From IMG/VR virus record IMGVR_UViG_3300042447_000151, positions 3,689 through 67,688 of that record: a stretch of 64,000 nt of DNA. One strand, given 5' to 3'. Under the pieces are notes generated by a model that saw only the letters and a program-made list of their open reading frames with translations, did no database searches and was not told the origin of the DNA. This document shows positions 62,701 to 64,000 of the stretch, in pieces; within the stretch, counting starts at the first letter, position 1; each line of letters begins with the position of its first letter. The DNA is from a virus. Position numbers and translations under genes: made by a program.

Positions 62701-63848
62701 AAGGTATTGCCGATTTAACTAAAGTTTACGTAGATTATTCATTAGTTAAGTCAGACGTAGCTGCGGCTAAAATATCTTGGTTGGCATATTATCTAACTGA
62801 GTTGGAGAAAAAAGGTGTTGATGTTTCTAATATCAAATTATCTGAAACAAAAGTAGATAAAGAAGCAGCTAAAATAGCAGACAGAAAAGTTCAAAAAGAA
62901 CAGAATGTTAACATAGGTGAATTATCAGGTAAGCTATTCTCAAGTAAGTCTGTAGGATTAAGGACACTTAGAATGAGTTTACTAGCTTTCCAAAGCTATA
63001 CTATTTCTGCTAGAGATAAGATAAAAACTAATATGTCTATATTATTTAATCCTAGCAGTGTGTCTACTAAAGAGGAGAAGATAGAAGCAATGAAATCAAT
63101 TGCTGCAACTATTGCTGAACAAAAAGTATTCTCATTCTTAAAGTCTAGTATTAAAAATATTGTAGTCTTAGGTGCTTTTGCTGCCCTTGGAGAAGAAGAG
63201 ACAGAAGAAGAAAGAAAATTAAGAGAAAGAAGAAACCAAGAAAATGAATTAACTAATATTTTCCAATCCCTAACCGGGTCTTTTGGAATAGGAGACCAAG
63301 AATGGGATTTAGATATTATCAATTCTCTTTTAGATTATTATCAAGGTACTATCCCTCAACAAGAAGTTGAAAGGAGACTACTAGAACAAGAGGAGAAAGA
63401 TGTGGCAGACGAAGAAAGAGATAGTGAGTATACTGTAACATTAACACCTGAAGAGAAAAAGGCAGAAAGATTACAACGCTCACTAGATAGACCATTCAGA
63501 TTCTATGTACCTAAACTAGATGAAAATGATGAGGGAGCTGGATATGCTAGATATTTAGGTTCTGGTAAAGTATTGTACGATGTAATAGTTAATGTAGTAA
63601 ACGAAACTGATAATGATATTAAAAGAGGAGGATACTATGACAAGAGAGGTAACTTTATTGAATACAATGAGGATCAAATAGATAAATTGAAGGCACTTAG
63701 AAATTTAGCTCCGGCTCAATTAATAGGACTAACTCCATCAGAAATTAAGACTCTTACAAATCAGATGAGAAAGATTATGAAAGACAGAGCTTATCTAAAT
63801 AAAATGGAAGCTAAAGAGGAGGAAAGGAAAGCTAAATTAGATCAGTAA
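56745..63848 (+). CDS. Large polyvalent internal virion/ejection protein with zincin-like HExxH domain
   Basis: 2367 aa; STPLHEMAHIY...EKFSRGFEKYL.EGK.P; RLDIPAY...NPFRHSYFY...ADEVIQIG domain; helical C-half. Confidence 0.7.
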   Translation: MAIMEDNTEDQGINLSGAFKNAKGEEVDLSGAFSSKPKSTKKTVATAVPVKKKDQPKVAAPTTSVSKSVSAPTKPSSVLPSKVTEKPEEVGYVEDLWNRFKGSGTKVLSAFLNVPSAAQSYIYDVALAATGKDEEFNRLPAAAKKEVKNAVRAVNKGLPNGEFQYQTQEAANYLNKKAERIFERTIKDETSLTDEISKLTTNPTSEGVLKIINKSIRSTAESLPYMGISMVPGGAAAIGVATAAEKREKELEETGNYGMGFLINSAVTGGSNYLGEKYTGRILNKIGTKALGNPELVKKVTQTPLVELGKDLGVEFSTGGLQSFTQEVSDKWTKGQEVQWIPTLKKALDDALLEAASVGTFAAAGQGVSGTRKLTAPLRTYLATKIIAKEDASYIKKGVDAIQDLNTQKADDQDPLVNEAIDNKINEINTNITSKLQTAENIIDNMSDEDIKKVVQIDRDVVDINLKAQAIKDNANLDDPAKELLLDDLKKQYINLKEQKDAIQKQATSEVPVQPETGVSGEMAQGEPKAEPQVPTEEGQREEVDLPTAFTEAGEKAKSEQKDDAIRDFLLSNGKLGDTINLSDGTGYSITEVKDGKNGKEITLVPFEMVDGKMDLNYSGLRIISSNKIDKVGDLYETSYTNSNGERVTEQYTYNPAKAEEVTPTGGGMIQMAETQPTTEEVKVEEVKPEAPKKESVETQMQSVFGLDKTKAKAASVVIDKIVGTMAGRAGTTKEEIYNTISFEKGEPTEQVTVERPVEKVKPTKATPKVEGPIDTEVKFDDAIANQVVSWNKFPEQKKGKGIASRNQVLTKAANDLLNGQITNEEYRAIVEKESPIKPIETFFDPSTGEDIQGALEASKVPLVNSVTAKGEKFIDPKTNQEFEIVSDKVGLRLDIPAYLNNNKWVVTIHADAKDTSTGKTTKDKPVSYTGVAKIKNVTFDYNPNLASKIAKGESARETRFKMRGELVPVEGANVDQQNENAKKEVQSIQNDPSWVQIGTNPFRHSYFYSRSTGKPVLSADEVIQIGGLVYAKNAVEANWNDEKFAVTEKGKPVLGKGGRQVYFQDKKATVSLANDGRFIVTALTDPNVSTPLHEMAHIYEHYLENKERQKILKWAGKKDWDMSVSEKFSRGFEKYLSEGKSPSAELTKIFENFKKWLLDIYKGITGSDIDIELNKEMRKIYDTMLSGEGKQAKAPTVTKVLGKPAPTKVTVNEATALKDQIKLEAKAAKGGADFVKKITKSVGETLKSMVKSGSITPAQQKTIANGLRSNLTNPTILDRFLKRIDRIMRIADYKEKVRQANVLKTRLAKVSKREKLKTELKDIAEGLSKVQPNMLNNLQDYIDRAKEALAAMSPSRIVGDEVQESTLIDFKDFTDYTKKILKEQQDALEESKKQEYENLKEAGVISGDMSLKEIEDYLKKAEEDAKFEENAKKEKALAEYAKESFANSKQIVEDMIEDGEVNEEDLPLIKGFININTDDMNPKMAVKAADELRNYIHNGSKTGMGKILSEYLGAVGSKAMAQKTTVNKILSVGGVKNLVLKGIDAATGAAMGLVKLPGTNLSGWYSDSWLEYVSQIDNVGVTAMGEKNWLQFKKLSGFDEIVSGFVRNKKQIDAFTKQFVDKYKKKKVDGYNIFTTYNANQAGIIADLYREVGNTPEEVAENFEDRKELLRQTLEYMKGKVRYKFDYDMMKELYDKLGVEKANSGQEVFNNAPKLIQDVVNDMVNEWNSYYPNAKRVAEEQYGILLGQNKNYTPYRYKVVSNKISDSDPLYDKGGYVSNFDILDTEEAGTFKKVSKVKNLPTMNGEVVRIPSYNFFQNNIDALTQTGNNINTIAGVNQFSGFTKSPYYKDIIKDDDSRNLLTGRMTYNISKLTDRERISTDKFTRGILKLLNSVSGIGTRLGLGAITAAGTQAAPALTNTLVNLQMNPIQMLRATRMMLTPSDRAWLDNLDETIMARGTESTTSLDYAEKMFANKDFGVAGDVVKGIADLTKVYVDYSLVKSDVAAAKISWLAYYLTELEKKGVDVSNIKLSETKVDKEAAKIADRKVQKEQNVNIGELSGKLFSSKSVGLRTLRMSLLAFQSYTISARDKIKTNMSILFNPSSVSTKEEKIEAMKSIAATIAEQKVFSFLKSSIKNIVVLGAFAALGEEETEEERKLRERRNQENELTNIFQSLTGSFGIGDQEWDLDIINSLLDYYQGTIPQQEVERRLLEQEEKDVADEERDSEYTVTLTPEEKKAERLQRSLDRPFRFYVPKLDENDEGAGYARYLGSGKVLYDVIVNVVNETDNDIKRGGYYDKRGNFIEYNEDQIDKLKALRNLAPAQLIGLTPSEIKTLTNQMRKIMKDRAYLNKMEAKEEERKAKLDQ

Positions 63849-63850
63849 TA

Positions 63851-63878
63851 AAAATGGGGACCATGAGTCCCCTTTTTA
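63851..63878. terminator. Bidirectional intrinsic terminator between convergent arms
   Basis: AAAAT-GGGGAC-CATGA-GTCCCC-TTTTT. Confidence 0.8.
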
Positions 63879-63929
63879 ATTAATCACCTTATACGCAATA
63901 ATTCTAACTTAAAATCTTAAACAAAAATA

Positions 63930-64000
63930 CTAAAATATATTCACTAGTCTTGCAACTTGGCCATTCTCTTTGTGGTGTATGAATCCCTCAACCGCTTTAG
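63930..64000 (-). CDS. 3' end of a convergent gene, possibly metallophosphoesterase-like (partial)
   Basis: Hand-translated ...KAVEGFIHHKENGQVARLVNIF-stop. Confidence 0.5.
   Translation of the reverse strand, partial: KAVEGFIHHKENGQVARLVNIF

Noticed and set aside
1-64000. Stop-codon reassignment as in some crAss-like phages
   Set aside because: Long genes are intact in code 11, TAG and TGA serve as real stops (e.g. capsid gene TAG), and no suppressor tRNA was seen
1-64000. Prophage or integration module
   Set aside because: No integrase, CI/Cro-type repressor pair or host genes recognised; the whole window is phage-like

Overview
The window is most of the genome of a lytic, podovirus-type dsDNA phage of a Bacteroidota host, with a crAss-like/Cellulophaga-phage-like structural module and genetic code 11. 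Host assignment rests on TAnnTTTG promoters, A-rich leaders without Shine-Dalgarno sites, and BACON, VirE-N and T9SS-CTD-like domains. The left arm (1-17.3 kb, minus strand) holds small early genes, two C5 DNA methyltransferases, a Sak/RecE-like/SSB recombination module, a primase-helicase, an SF2 helicase, a VRR-NUC nuclease, a PAPS-reductase-like protein and RNR beta. A non-coding switch region lies at 17.3-18.35 kb. The right arm (plus strand) holds GroEL/GroES, small basic proteins, a lysis cassette, a six-gene envelope operon, a (Gly-Thr-Ser)n tail fibre, an antisense GT4+Aah/TibC-like glycosyltransferase, terminase, portal, scaffold, major capsid, tail proteins and three putative ejected proteins. 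The best candidates for undescribed systems are four. (1) The operon at 25.2-29.9 kb: two CsgG-like paralogs, a cohesin-dockerin-cohesin protein, a free-standing T9SS-CTD-like lipoprotein and a beta-barrel protein. (2) A TibC/Aah-like protein O-glycosyltransferase next to a GTS-repeat fibre. (3) A duplicated ~200-bp origin-like element with DnaA-box-like iterons, plus a phage DnaA-domain-IV-like protein. (4) Structured RNA elements in the early transcript: a boxA-like site, a tRNA-like element and a repeated mini-pseudoknot. All family assignments are by motif recognition only; no searches were run.
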